NCBI GenBank assembly: GCA_964448115.1
Contig: CAYUVA010000016.1
Span: 1-64,000 of the forward strand
Length of the DNA stretch: 64,000 nucleotides
From: an uncultured bacterium
GTDB taxonomy: Bacteria; CAYUVA01
Direction: 5' to 3'
Below are positions 9,111 to 18,974 of the stretch, piece after piece (the stretch's first letter is position 1; every line of letters begins with the position of its first letter). The position numbers and the translations under genes were made by a program. The notes below the pieces were generated by a model. It ran no database searches. It had not been told where the DNA came from and saw nothing but the letters and a program-made list of their open reading frames with translations.

Positions 9111-10279
9111 TAATAACAAGTGCAGAATACGAAGAAATAGTTTATATATTTAATTATATTATTAGTAAGTTGTCTTACCATAATAACTTGCTAGATTTTA
9201 AATATTTTGATTTTTTGAAACATTATTTTATATTTTATGAAAATCCAAATATTGATAATTGTGGTAATTTAATAGAAAAGACACCCTTACCGCTTTTTCG
9301 TTCCATTTCACCATTTTTTTCTATTGATTATCTTTATATATTATTTGAACATTTATATAATATTAAATTAACTAAAAATAGCTATATAAAACTAACCGAT
9401 GAGATTATAATTAAGATAATAAATATTACTGAGGATTTATTGAAAAAAATAGACCTAGAGAATTTAGTAAACCAAGATTATAAAATGATATATAATATTA
9501 TTTTATCAAGAAAACATGATAAAAGATATTATTGTACAAATAAATCATTTGTGGAGGCTTTATCACATACGAAATTAGTAAATTATATCAAATTTAATAA
9601 ATATTTACAATGTACTTATCATAATAAATTTCATTACTCTTATATATACAAAATAGATGGATATGAATTATTTTATCTATTATCATTTCTTAATATTATT
9701 CTAAAGGAATCCTTGCATTATAAGAAATATAATAAAATAATATATCTTTCTGCTAGAAATGTTTTTAATATATTTATATATTTAGTCCCATTCAATTTTG
9801 ATTGGTTAATTAAAAATAAATCATCACCATATAATTTATTAAATAGATACCAATATTTATATAGTTTAATTTATAATATATATGACATTAAAAATTATCT
9901 TAATGATTACTTAGAGGTAAATATGATGAATGAAATATATCATTATTTCACAACATTAAATAATGACAATATCATATTATCAAATAATAGAATATTGGAA
10001 AAAATATTTTATTTCTATAATACATTACAACCAATAGTAAAATTAGAATTTAGTAAATACTTAATAATTAGAAGAGAATGTCTTTATGAAAAAATAAAAT
10101 ATTTTATACAAAGAATAGATGATTATTATGAATATATAGACTTTCTTTGCATAAGTTACAAAAGAGAAAGACCCAATAGCAAATATTATCCTGAAATGAA
10201 AAAAAATTTAGAAATGTTACATGAATACTTAAAAAATAATAAAAAGGAATTTATAATTATTAAAAAACTATACCTTTAA
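9107..10279 (+). CDS. Very AT-rich hypothetical protein; candidate immunity protein
   Basis: 390 open codons in DNA with only 7-13 G/C per 60 nt in sampled lines. The start overlaps the upstream stop (ATGA). Rich in Y/I/N/K/L, with no recognisable motif. Confidence 0.65.
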   Translation: MIITSAEYEEIVYIFNYIISKLSYHNNLLDFKYFDFLKHYFIFYENPNIDNCGNLIEKTPLPLFRSISPFFSIDYLYILFEHLYNIKLTKNSYIKLTDEIIIKIINITEDLLKKIDLENLVNQDYKMIYNIILSRKHDKRYYCTNKSFVEALSHTKLVNYIKFNKYLQCTYHNKFHYSYIYKIDGYELFYLLSFLNIILKESLHYKKYNKIIYLSARNVFNIFIYLVPFNFDWLIKNKSSPYNLLNRYQYLYSLIYNIYDIKNYLNDYLEVNMMNEIYHYFTTLNNDNIILSNNRILEKIFYFYNTLQPIVKLEFSKYLIIRRECLYEKIKYFIQRIDDYYEYIDFLCISYKRERPNSKYYPEMKKNLEMLHEYLKNNKKEFIIIKKLYL

Positions 10280-11717
10280 AAAATAATTGATAGCTGCGCT
10301 TGAATGAAAACCTTACATAATTGATGAACTCCCGAGGATAACGAAGCTCACGAAGAAGAGTGCGAGTAATGTAACCAGGACGAAAATATAGCATCAGCAA
10401 GCCCTTCCTGCGCAGTCGAATAAGCTCCTCATGCGAGAGATGCCGGGAGCGCACCGGCGATGAACCATAGCTTAACCCATCAAGGCTACCGTTTATTAAA
10501 CCCTCGCTAACCGCCATGTCGTAATATTCAGTCCCAGGAAGAGGAAAGGCGATGTTTATGTCGAAAAAGTCGGCGTTTAGCTCCCTGGCAAAGTCTATAG
10601 TGCTCTTGACGGTATCTTTCGTATCCCAAGGCAAGCCGATGATGAAGAAGGTATGCGACTTGATCCCCAGTTGGCGACAGAGCTTGATCGCCCTTTTGGC
10701 ATCATCGAGAGTGGTTCGCTTCTTCATTGCATCTAAGCTACTCTGGTCTCCGCTCTCGATGCCGAAGCCTATGATGTGGCAGCCGGCTTGCTTCATCCAG
10801 AGCAGCTTCTCCATGTCGATGGTATCAACCCGGCTGTTTGTCGCCCAGGTTATTTGCAGACCCCAGTCGATGATCCCGCTACAAAGCTCGATAAGCCAGT
10901 CGCGCCTCAAGGTGAACGTGTCCGCATTGAACAAAAATGTCTTGATATTAAAGCGTTCCACGCATTCTCGAAGCTCCTTAAGGATGCTCAAAGGGGTTCT
11001 ATAAACCACCCGCGAGCCGCTTATCTTGCCAGCCGGGCAGAAGATGCACTCATAGGGGCAGCCGCGGCTGGTCTGAATGGTGGTTATAGGCTTGTTGGTG
11101 TCCGGAGAGAGATAAAGGCGATTATTAAGCAGATCCCTGGCCGGAAGGGGTAGCTCATCGAAGGGCTTGATATCTCCTTTGTCATCGGTGATTTCGATAT
11201 GATCCCCGCTTCTGTAGGCTATACCGGGGATAGAGCCTAGCTCCGAGCCAAACACTATCTTGTCGATTACCGCCTCCGGCTCGATGCGTACCGCTATGTC
11301 CAAGCCTTCATAGCGCTCCATTATATCTTTGCTGAATATGAGGAAATACGCACCAAAGGCGAGGGTCTTTATTCGGGGATTGACCTGCTTGGCATACTGG
11401 CAAGCCTTCATATCTTCGTGGATGGTTGATGTAGTAACGCTGATGATCAGCCAGTCGTAGCCCTGGGCAATATCAGCCCTGAAGTCATCCCAGGTCTTAT
11501 GTTGCGCAGGATAATCTTCGATGGCGCATTGTGCTCCTTTTCCTCGCAGGATGGCTGCACACCAGGCGAGATCGAGCGGGGGAAGCACCAGTTGAACGGT
11601 CTGATCCTCAACCAGCGACTGGCAGCGATCATCCCGTCTGAAAAGACCGGATGGAGGATTTATCAGAAGTACTTTCAATGGACTATCCCTTGAGCATGGA
11701 GTTTCCACAATTGTCAA
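10260..11717 (-). CDS. Cobalamin-binding radical SAM protein
   Basis: N-terminal LLINPP...PPLDLA B12-binding-type domain, TSRGCPYECIFC (CxxxCxxC), FGIESG and FIIGLPWDT. Confidence 0.9.
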   Translation of the reverse strand: MTIVETPCSRDSPLKVLLINPPSGLFRRDDRCQSLVEDQTVQLVLPPLDLAWCAAILRGKGAQCAIEDYPAQHKTWDDFRADIAQGYDWLIISVTTSTIHEDMKACQYAKQVNPRIKTLAFGAYFLIFSKDIMERYEGLDIAVRIEPEAVIDKIVFGSELGSIPGIAYRSGDHIEITDDKGDIKPFDELPLPARDLLNNRLYLSPDTNKPITTIQTSRGCPYECIFCPAGKISGSRVVYRTPLSILKELRECVERFNIKTFLFNADTFTLRRDWLIELCSGIIDWGLQITWATNSRVDTIDMEKLLWMKQAGCHIIGFGIESGDQSSLDAMKKRTTLDDAKRAIKLCRQLGIKSHTFFIIGLPWDTKDTVKSTIDFARELNADFFDINIAFPLPGTEYYDMAVSEGLINGSLDGLSYGSSPVRSRHLSHEELIRLRRKGLLMLYFRPGYITRTLLRELRYPREFINYVRFSFKRSYQLFFKGIVF

Positions 11718-11791
11718 CTACCCCGTGGTACCGTGGTACCGGCTTTGCAGCTTTGCGTGATATTCTTTCGCTGCCAATTGAACTCAATGAC

Positions 11792-12967
11792 CTATCCCTT
11801 GAACTTCAGCTTGGACAACAGCTTTTTTATTCGTCGGCGATTAGGTATATACCTTGCAGCACGAGTTATCAACCTGTATGCAACTTTGCTTCGAGCCATG
11901 ACCGTTGCCGGATCTCCAGCATTTATCCCCCACCAGGTTACGCAGATACGGCAATAATAGGGCGGAGACTCGGTGTTTATAGCTTTGCGAATGCGCCTAT
12001 AATGGGGGCTGTTCCAGATACTGTCAAAATCATCGGTCAGAATATTCCCCATCGAGTCCGGGTATGCGCAGCAGGGGCGCACATTGCCGCTAGAATCAAT
12101 AAATGCCTGATCCCAAGGGGAGTAACATTTAAGGGGGAAGCGACTGCCTGGAGGATTATGGTCAATGGTCTTGAGGTCGCTCTCATCTTGCGCTTTATCA
12201 ATACTCTGAGCCGGGAGAATAAGCCTGATGCCATACTTCTCAGCCCTCACCGCTGCCCGCTTGAATGCCTCGTGCAGATTGTCTCTTTGTTTTGAGATCG
12301 CAAGGTAGCGGTATCTAGCCGGGATGCCATCCAGGTGCAGCTCATTGACCACCACAGAGCCGATGCCCCATTCCTTAGCCTGCTCGATCAAAGTGGGGAG
12401 CTGCTCGAAGTTGGTCGATGTTGGCACGAAGATGATCCCCACCTCGCTGCCGTTGTTTAGAGACCGCTTGATGCTAGCGGCTGACCTCAGGTTCTCGGTT
12501 ACCCGGTTATATTTCGCCCTAGGGCGGATATGCTCATAAGTACGCGCATCAGCGCCATCGAGCGACACCCAGATCTTCCCGCGCATCATAAGCAGCCTTT
12601 TCGCCAGCTTTGCGGTGAGCAATACGCCGTTGGTTACCAGGAAGGGGATAATCTCGTATTCTTCGAGAGCATCGATGATATTATCCAGGTTTTTCGCCAT
12701 CAGCGGCTCCCCGTCCCCTTGCAGCTCGACGATCTTGAGGTAGGGGAACAGCTCCTCTTTAACCCGCTGGAATACATCAGCGCCCAGGTCGCGCCCTTTT
12801 TGCGGATTGAAGGTTCTTACCCCGCATATAATGCAGTCAAGGTTACAGCGCGAGCTGCTCTCCAGCCAGATATGCACCGGCTTGGAGCGAAGATGCAACC
12901 TGCCAGCCCTTCTCTCCTCGATATTCAGCTTGAGGTTATCTTCCTTTATTTGTGTATATTTACCCAA
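11792..12967 (-). CDS. Radical SAM protein with SPASM/twitch domain
   Basis: CNLDCIIC, GDGEPL, VTNG, VSLDGA and a C-terminal CYSPW..GNVRPCC..MGNI..IWNS..CRIC. Confidence 0.88.
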   Translation of the reverse strand: MGKYTQIKEDNLKLNIEERRAGRLHLRSKPVHIWLESSSRCNLDCIICGVRTFNPQKGRDLGADVFQRVKEELFPYLKIVELQGDGEPLMAKNLDNIIDALEEYEIIPFLVTNGVLLTAKLAKRLLMMRGKIWVSLDGADARTYEHIRPRAKYNRVTENLRSAASIKRSLNNGSEVGIIFVPTSTNFEQLPTLIEQAKEWGIGSVVVNELHLDGIPARYRYLAISKQRDNLHEAFKRAAVRAEKYGIRLILPAQSIDKAQDESDLKTIDHNPPGSRFPLKCYSPWDQAFIDSSGNVRPCCAYPDSMGNILTDDFDSIWNSPHYRRIRKAINTESPPYYCRICVTWWGINAGDPATVMARSKVAYRLITRAARYIPNRRRIKKLLSKLKFKG

Positions 12968-13000
12968 TTATACCGCCTTTTACGGAGCCAACGAAAAAGA

Positions 13001-13732
13001 CTAGATTTTATTTGCAAAAAAGCCGTAGCCTAGGGTGTAGGCTCTCTGTTTGTCCAGCTTGTCCATCAAGCCGCCCAAGAGCGGAAATAGCACGAAAAAA
13101 AAAGGGAAACTTATTATTCTAAGTGGGAATAAAATCATCTTGAGCCATCTCGGCTCGATGATAACGAATAACTGCTGATAAAGGATGATTAGCATCATCG
13201 AAATATACTTGAAATAACCACCGCGCGGTTCAATCTCCTTCACATTAAAGCCGGCAGCCTCCAATAAACCGCGCAGACCATAGCGCGTGTATCTGAAGTA
13301 GTCGTGCGGCACCTGGTGCTCGCCAAATGCTAGCGGCGCAGTGCCGATTATAGCTCCGCCTGGCTTAAGCAACCGGTGCAGCTCTGCGAGAGCAAGCCAC
13401 GGCTCCCTTAGATGCTCCAAGACCTGCGTACAGATAACAATATCGAAGCTCCCATCAGCAAAGGGTAAGCTGTGCAGATCAGAAACCACATCCAGCTTCG
13501 AGTAGTCCCACTTTCCTTCACCCTCAGCGAAATCAACCGCTGTATAATGGTGATCGGCGAAAAGCTCCGCATAGGGCGCCTCCCCAGCCCCGGCATCGAG
13601 CACCTGCAAGCCGGGCGGGAAACCGCTCATCGCATCCTTAAGATAGGCATATATCGAGCCTTCCTCGTGGTTGAGCTTATGATAGAAGCTGCGGGGGAAC
13701 ATGGTGCGCAGCAGCCGGTCCTCGTATTCCAT
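13001..13732 (-). CDS. Class I SAM-dependent methyltransferase
   Basis: VLDAGAGEAPY, LPFADGSFDIVICTQVLEH and LLKPGG. Confidence 0.9.
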   Translation of the reverse strand: MEYEDRLLRTMFPRSFYHKLNHEEGSIYAYLKDAMSGFPPGLQVLDAGAGEAPYAELFADHHYTAVDFAEGEGKWDYSKLDVVSDLHSLPFADGSFDIVICTQVLEHLREPWLALAELHRLLKPGGAIIGTAPLAFGEHQVPHDYFRYTRYGLRGLLEAAGFNVKEIEPRGGYFKYISMMLIILYQQLFVIIEPRWLKMILFPLRIISFPFFFVLFPLLGGLMDKLDKQRAYTLGYGFFANKI

Positions 13733-13734
13733 CC

Positions 13735-14427
13735 CTATCTTCCCTTGAAGATGAAGTGAGCGCCGAGCAGGTTGGGGAATCGCTCGATCAGACTTTGTCC
13801 CAGTCGATTTATTCCCGGTATATGCTTGAATAAGCGCATCAGGGGATAGCTCCCCTCGGAGATGCGGTATTCGAGCAGCTCCAAGCCTGCCTCAGAAAAG
13901 TAGCGCTTGAATGAATCGAAGGTGAAGAAGCGAAGGTGAGTCCAGTCCAGGATGCCGGTCTCGCTGTACTCGAAGCGACCGAGCAGAAATCGCCAGCGCA
14001 TCCTATAGTGCAGCACATTCGGAAAGGTTACAAGCAGGTATCCAAAGCTGTCTAATAGCTCTTTTAGCCTTGCCAATACCCCGAAGGGATCGACCAAGTG
14101 CTCGATCACATCCGACATTAGGATCACCTGGTATGGGGGGCTAAGCAGATTGAGGGTCTCGGCATCTTCGATGTCAGCTTGTATGACCTTTGCCCCGCTC
14201 TTGCCTGCCTGCGAGGCGAGCAACGGGTGCACTTCTACAGCATCCACCGAGCATCCCCTGCTTTGCAATTCCTTTGTCATATAACCAGAGGCGCATCCTA
14301 TTTCTAGCACTCGCTTGTTATAGCCGACCATCTCGATGAGCATGCGGTGCACATCGGTAAGCCCATGGCGTTCGATTTGCTTCATTGCCTCGATTGCGGT
14401 CCTCTCGCTGTAAAGCAGGCTGGTCAT
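13735..14427 (-). CDS. Class I SAM-dependent methyltransferase (glycan-cluster type)
   Basis: VLEIGCASG, DVIEHLVDP and GILDWTHLRFFT. Confidence 0.9.
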   Translation of the reverse strand: MTSLLYSERTAIEAMKQIERHGLTDVHRMLIEMVGYNKRVLEIGCASGYMTKELQSRGCSVDAVEVHPLLASQAGKSGAKVIQADIEDAETLNLLSPPYQVILMSDVIEHLVDPFGVLARLKELLDSFGYLLVTFPNVLHYRMRWRFLLGRFEYSETGILDWTHLRFFTFDSFKRYFSEAGLELLEYRISEGSYPLMRLFKHIPGINRLGQSLIERFPNLLGAHFIFKGR

Positions 14428-15887
14428 TTCCTAAGATAATACAAACCCTTTCTAGCCATATCGCGCAGCATTCCGACGGTCCCCTCGGTGCGATGTATCT
14501 TGCGCAGGTACTGGAAAAATACGGCTGGGTTGCGGAGCAGGTTTCCGATGCGTCTTCGTTTGGCTTCCTCCAAGGCAGCAACTATCTGATCGCGTTTAAG
14601 TAGCGGGTACTCGATCACCGGCGAGCATCCCCCCTCGAAGCTGCTCCAGTCATCGGTGGTGAGCCAGCCGTTTTGTTTAGCCATCTCGTAGAATTCGGTG
14701 CCGGGCAGCGGGGTTGCTACCGAGAACTGATAGGTTGTCGCTCGCAGGGAATAGGCGAACTCCATTGTCTCCTTGATGGTCTGCTCGGTCTCGCCGGGCA
14801 AGCCGAACATGAAGGTTCCGTGAGTATATATGCCCACCTTGCGGCAGAGGTCAACGAAGCGGCGCACCTCTTCGAGCTTGAGCGGCTTTTTAATCGCCCT
14901 GAGTATATGTTCGCTAGCCGTCTCCACGCCGAACTTGACGCCGTGGCAGCCGGAGCGCTTCATCAGCCGCAGCGTCTCCTCGTCAATGCGCGCATCAGCC
15001 ATGCACGACCAGTAAACCTTGACCCCGCGCTTCAGGATCTCCTCGGCGACCGCCCGCGCCTTTTTCTTATCAGTGGTGAAGGAGCTGTCGTCGAAGTATA
15101 TCTCCTCGACATCATAGCGCTTGAGGACATACTCGATCTCATCAACGATCGCCACCGGATCGCGGTAGCGAAGCGATGGCTTGCCGTAGAGCACATAAGG
15201 CTCGATGCAGAAGATGCAGCGAAACGGGCAACCACGCGAGGCAATCAGGCAGACATTGGGATATTTCTTGCAAGTGGGGTCAGTATATTTGAAAAGGGGC
15301 ACATCGTCTCGTTCAGGATAGGGGAGGCTGTCGAGATCCTCGATAAGCTCACGCCTGCCGTTGTTGATGATGTTCCCCTCCTCGTCCTTGGCGGCAATAC
15401 CGGCAAGCCTTCGCCAAGAGTCGCCATTATCCATGTAAGCGTGATAGACCTGGAGCAGTGTCATCTCGTACTCTCCGAGCAGCACGCCATCGACATATTC
15501 ATGCGCCAGGGACTCTACAGGGAGAGCGGTAACATGGGGTCCGGCTAAAAGCACCAGCGCGGAAAGCTCCTTCTTGCACAGCTTTGCAAACCGCCAGTCC
15601 TGGTATATCGAAGGGGTGCCGGTCTCGATTACCACTATCTTGGGCGCCATCTCCTTGAGCTGTTTCATTGTTTGTGCTGTGGAAAGCTCCCCTGCTATGG
15701 CATCGAGGAATTTTGCCTTGATTCCCTCCCTCTTCAGCACCGCCACCGCGTAGCAGGAGAAGAATGGATAGGGATAGTATTGCAATGTCTCGGAGCGCTT
15801 GCGGATGGATGGCCACCTGGAGCCAGCCTTGACTCCATAAGCATCCGGCGCCTCATGCCACGGCGAGTTTACGATTACGACTTCCAT
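14424..15887 (-). CDS. Cobalamin-binding radical SAM protein (HpnJ-like N-terminus)
   Basis: AGSRWP..YPYP, GPHVT, ASRGCPFRCIFC, FGVET and FMFGLPGET. Confidence 0.9.
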   Translation of the reverse strand: MEVVIVNSPWHEAPDAYGVKAGSRWPSIRKRSETLQYYPYPFFSCYAVAVLKREGIKAKFLDAIAGELSTAQTMKQLKEMAPKIVVIETGTPSIYQDWRFAKLCKKELSALVLLAGPHVTALPVESLAHEYVDGVLLGEYEMTLLQVYHAYMDNGDSWRRLAGIAAKDEEGNIINNGRRELIEDLDSLPYPERDDVPLFKYTDPTCKKYPNVCLIASRGCPFRCIFCIEPYVLYGKPSLRYRDPVAIVDEIEYVLKRYDVEEIYFDDSSFTTDKKKARAVAEEILKRGVKVYWSCMADARIDEETLRLMKRSGCHGVKFGVETASEHILRAIKKPLKLEEVRRFVDLCRKVGIYTHGTFMFGLPGETEQTIKETMEFAYSLRATTYQFSVATPLPGTEFYEMAKQNGWLTTDDWSSFEGGCSPVIEYPLLKRDQIVAALEEAKRRRIGNLLRNPAVFFQYLRKIHRTEGTVGMLRDMARKGLYYLRK

Positions 15888-16663
15888 CTTTTCGTCTTCC
15901 TGTGTTTTAAGAAGAACCTGATTATATTTCTAATATGATACCAGGTCATGATGTTGAAGAGATTGCGGGCGCTCTCTCGGTGATAGCGATGGATGACCAC
16001 TGCCTGGGGATTGTAGTAGATCTTGTATCCTGCCAGGCGAATTCGATAACACCAGTCAACATCCTCGTAATATAGGGGATCGAACCTTTGGTCAAGCATG
16101 CCGACCCTATCGATAATCTCCCTTCGCACCATGAGGAAGGCGCCCAGAAACCAGTCAACTTCCCTTGCCCTTTCGTGATCCCAGTCCATCATCAGGTAAT
16201 CCCTAAGCAGCGGGTGCTGGTGGTCGTGGAAATTGGTCGCCCAGCGCAGGAAGATAGCCTTTGGAGTCGGAAAGCGCCGGCAGTTGTATTGCAGGGTGTT
16301 ATCAGGATTGAGCAGCTTGCAGCCGGCTGCACCAGCATCTTTATGCTCATCCATGAAGCGCACCATCTCGGCAAGGCAGCCATCCTGCACTATCGTATCC
16401 GGGTTGAGAAGCAATATATATCTCCCGGAGGCTTGTCTTATCGCCTGGTTATTATTGCTGGCAAAGCCCTTCTTCTGGCGGTTACAGACCAGATTTACCT
16501 GCGGATACTCGGTCTTGACCAGAAGCGAAGTCCCATCGCTGCTGGCGTTGTCAATGATGAACATCTCGAAGTCTATGCCTTGCGGCTTTTTGAAGATCGA
16601 TGGCAGGCAGGTGCGCAAGAACTGCGCCTCGTTAGTGCTTATTGTTACTATAGATAAGTCCAT
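15875..16663 (-). CDS. Glycosyltransferase family 2
   Basis: IIDNASSDG, GFASNNN, LLLNPDT and YYEDVDWCYR. Confidence 0.92.
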   Translation of the reverse strand: MDLSIVTISTNEAQFLRTCLPSIFKKPQGIDFEMFIIDNASSDGTSLLVKTEYPQVNLVCNRQKKGFASNNNQAIRQASGRYILLLNPDTIVQDGCLAEMVRFMDEHKDAGAAGCKLLNPDNTLQYNCRRFPTPKAIFLRWATNFHDHQHPLLRDYLMMDWDHERAREVDWFLGAFLMVRREIIDRVGMLDQRFDPLYYEDVDWCYRIRLAGYKIYYNPQAVVIHRYHRESARNLFNIMTWYHIRNIIRFFLKHRKTKRWKS

Positions 16664-16726
16664 CTAGTGGTTCAATAACCTCGCAATTGGCACCATACAC
16701 CTTTTTTGCATCCCTTCTAGCTCGGC

Positions 16727-17656
16727 TCACTTTCCTTTTAGGTACTGTTCTGCCGCCCAGGCGGCTATTGCGCCCTCGGCGGTTGCCAGTACCACCTGTC
16801 GCAATGGTTTGCTCCTTATATCGCCGATTGCGTATATTCCCGGGATGCTCGTCTCCATAAGCTCGTTGGTTATTATGAATCCGTCCTTGTCAGTCTTCAA
16901 TCCTTCGCAGACGATATCGCTATTGGGCACATAACCGATGAAGATAAACACCGCGTCCACATTCAGCTCGCTTGGCTGGTTTGTTTTCACATTGCGCAGC
17001 CTCAGTCCGCTCACCATCTGATCGCCAAGTATATCCTCAACTACCGTATCCCAAACTATCTCGATCTTGTCATTATCAAGCACCAGGTTCTGGTTGAATG
17101 TGCTTGCTCTGAATTGATCTCGGCGGTGGATAAGATATACCTTGCTGGCGAACTTGGTCAGGTAATTAGCCTCTTCCAGGGCGGTATCGCCACCACCGAT
17201 CACTGAGACTATGCGGTCCTTAAAAAACGGCGCATCACAGACCCCGCAGTAGGAGACTCCCCTGCCGGTGAGCCTCTTTTCGTTTTTCAAGCCGAGCTTC
17301 TTGAAGTCCGAACCGGCAGCAATGATCGCAGCCTTGGCCGATACAGCGTTGCCATCATCTAGTTTCAAGATCCTTTTATCATCTTGGGTACATATCTCCT
17401 TTACCTGGTTATACCTGATCTTGGCGCCAAATCTTGTTGCCTGGCGCTCGAAGAGCATTGAAAGCTCTGCGCCAGCGATGCCATCGGGGAAGCCGGGGTA
17501 GTTATCGATCTTGTGGGTCAGGTTGACCTGTCCACCAGGTGCTGATCTCTCAAAGACGACAGTGTTTAGCCTTGAGCGGGAGGCATAAAGCGCTGCGGTC
17601 AGTCCCGCCGGTCCCGCACCCGCGATAGCGATATCAACATCCTCGGTAATCATCAT
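16727..17656 (-). CDS. trxB: Thioredoxin reductase
   Basis: GAGPAGLTAALY, GVSYCGVCDA (CxxC), IGGGDTALEEA, IHRRDQFRA and GIYAIGD. Confidence 0.95.
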   Translation of the reverse strand: MMITEDVDIAIAGAGPAGLTAALYASRSRLNTVVFERSAPGGQVNLTHKIDNYPGFPDGIAGAELSMLFERQATRFGAKIRYNQVKEICTQDDKRILKLDDGNAVSAKAAIIAAGSDFKKLGLKNEKRLTGRGVSYCGVCDAPFFKDRIVSVIGGGDTALEEANYLTKFASKVYLIHRRDQFRASTFNQNLVLDNDKIEIVWDTVVEDILGDQMVSGLRLRNVKTNQPSELNVDAVFIFIGYVPNSDIVCEGLKTDKDGFIITNELMETSIPGIYAIGDIRSKPLRQVVLATAEGAIAAWAAEQYLKGK

Positions 17657-17876
17657 TTAAGGACTCCTTGATAACTTATAGCTTTTAATAAATGGCGCTA
17701 TTTAGCATAACAGATCTTTGAAGGCTTGTGTAGTTGTGGTGATCTTTTATGATCCTTGACCTTTGGTTATGAGTGCATGTATATAATACCATGTTTGCAA
17801 AATGGATGTTATATTGATTTACCTTGATGAAAGTTGAACCTCGTAATTAACGGATAAAAAGAAGGAGAAATAATCA

Positions 17877-18110
17877 ATGCCCGAAGACGAACTCGAAGTC
17901 ATAGCAGACTTTAAAAAGAGCGACAGCGCTTATATCAAGGCTTCTCTCACCACCTGGAAGGGGGATCTTTATATCGATATAAGGGAATTCGTGGAGAGCG
18001 AAAGATACAGCGGTCCTACAAAAAAGGGAGTCCGCTTCAACGCGGAGAACTGGACTCTCTTCAAGGAAATGGTGGATAAGATAGAAGAGGAGATGGTGAA
18101 ACGCCAATAG
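17877..18110 (+). CDS. PC4/YdbC family ssDNA-binding protein
   Basis: WKG..YIDIREF....GPTKKGV motif; SD AAGGAG upstream. Confidence 0.85.
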   Translation: MPEDELEVIADFKKSDSAYIKASLTTWKGDLYIDIREFVESERYSGPTKKGVRFNAENWTLFKEMVDKIEEEMVKRQ

Positions 18111-18153
18111 TATTTTAATGGTCTTGGAGCCAGCGAGCAGGAATTGAAAAAAG

Positions 18154-18951
18154 ATGGAAAAGCGCCTTGAAGAGCTAAGGAAAGAGCTATTCCTTGCAGA
18201 TATGGATAAGCCTTTTTTCCTGGAAGGTAGCAATGATGTCCTGGTCTTATTGTTTCATGGCTTCAATGGCAGGCCGGGGGAGATGATGCCACCTGCCAAG
18301 GCTCTTAATCAAAGGGGTTATTCGGTAAAGGGTATATTGCAGCCCGCACACTGCGGCAGCTTCGTGGAATTCAAGCGAACCACCTGGAAAGATATTGTCG
18401 ATAACGCTCAACTGGAATACATGCAGGCAAAAGAGAAATATAGACGCGTTATCATTGGCGGATTGTCGATGGGGGGATTGACATCGCTTTACCTGGCTGC
18501 AACCAACCAGGACTTGGATGCGCTGATCTCGATGTCTGCACCGGTAGCATTGAATACCCAAAGGTTGAGGATGCTTCTAAGGAGCATAGGTCTATTTTCA
18601 TCCAAGTATCCATCGCTATCATTTGGCTTGGATATAGCCGACCGGGATGTTCGTCGTCTTTATGGCTCCTATTATCCTTACGAGTCGGTCAGCTTTGCAT
18701 TATCCCTGCTTGATTTCATCGATACGCTTAAAGGTTTGTTGCCAAGGATAACCGCTCCAGCTTGCATCCTTCATGGAAAAAGGGATCTCTTCTGGGCGCC
18801 GGACAGTCTTGATTATATCTTCAATAATATCTCCTCGAAAATAAAGCAGAAGCATCAATTGCCCCTATCAAGGCATGTTATCACCCTTGACCTTGAGCGC
18901 GAGAGGGTCTGTAGCATCATGGTCGATTTCGTGGATCGCATCGCATCGTGA
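18154..18951 (+). CDS. Alpha/beta hydrolase, carboxylesterase (YvaK-like)
   Basis: LLFHGFNG, GLSMGG (GxSxG), HGKRD and SRHVIT. Confidence 0.88.
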   Translation: MEKRLEELRKELFLADMDKPFFLEGSNDVLVLLFHGFNGRPGEMMPPAKALNQRGYSVKGILQPAHCGSFVEFKRTTWKDIVDNAQLEYMQAKEKYRRVIIGGLSMGGLTSLYLAATNQDLDALISMSAPVALNTQRLRMLLRSIGLFSSKYPSLSFGLDIADRDVRRLYGSYYPYESVSFALSLLDFIDTLKGLLPRITAPACILHGKRDLFWAPDSLDYIFNNISSKIKQKHQLPLSRHVITLDLERERVCSIMVDFVDRIAS

Positions 18952-18974
18952 TAATAGCCCCCTAGCTGGGACCA

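Noticed and set aside
11724-11741. T-box-like CGTGGTACCGTGGTACCG
   Set aside because: It is a short tandem duplication on the strand opposite the flanking genes, with no leader structure.
14673-15548. 291-aa plus-strand ORF, and the other long antisense ORFs such as 11651-12295 and 43172-43780
   Set aside because: These are shadow frames opposite well-supported genes, with no recognisable motifs.
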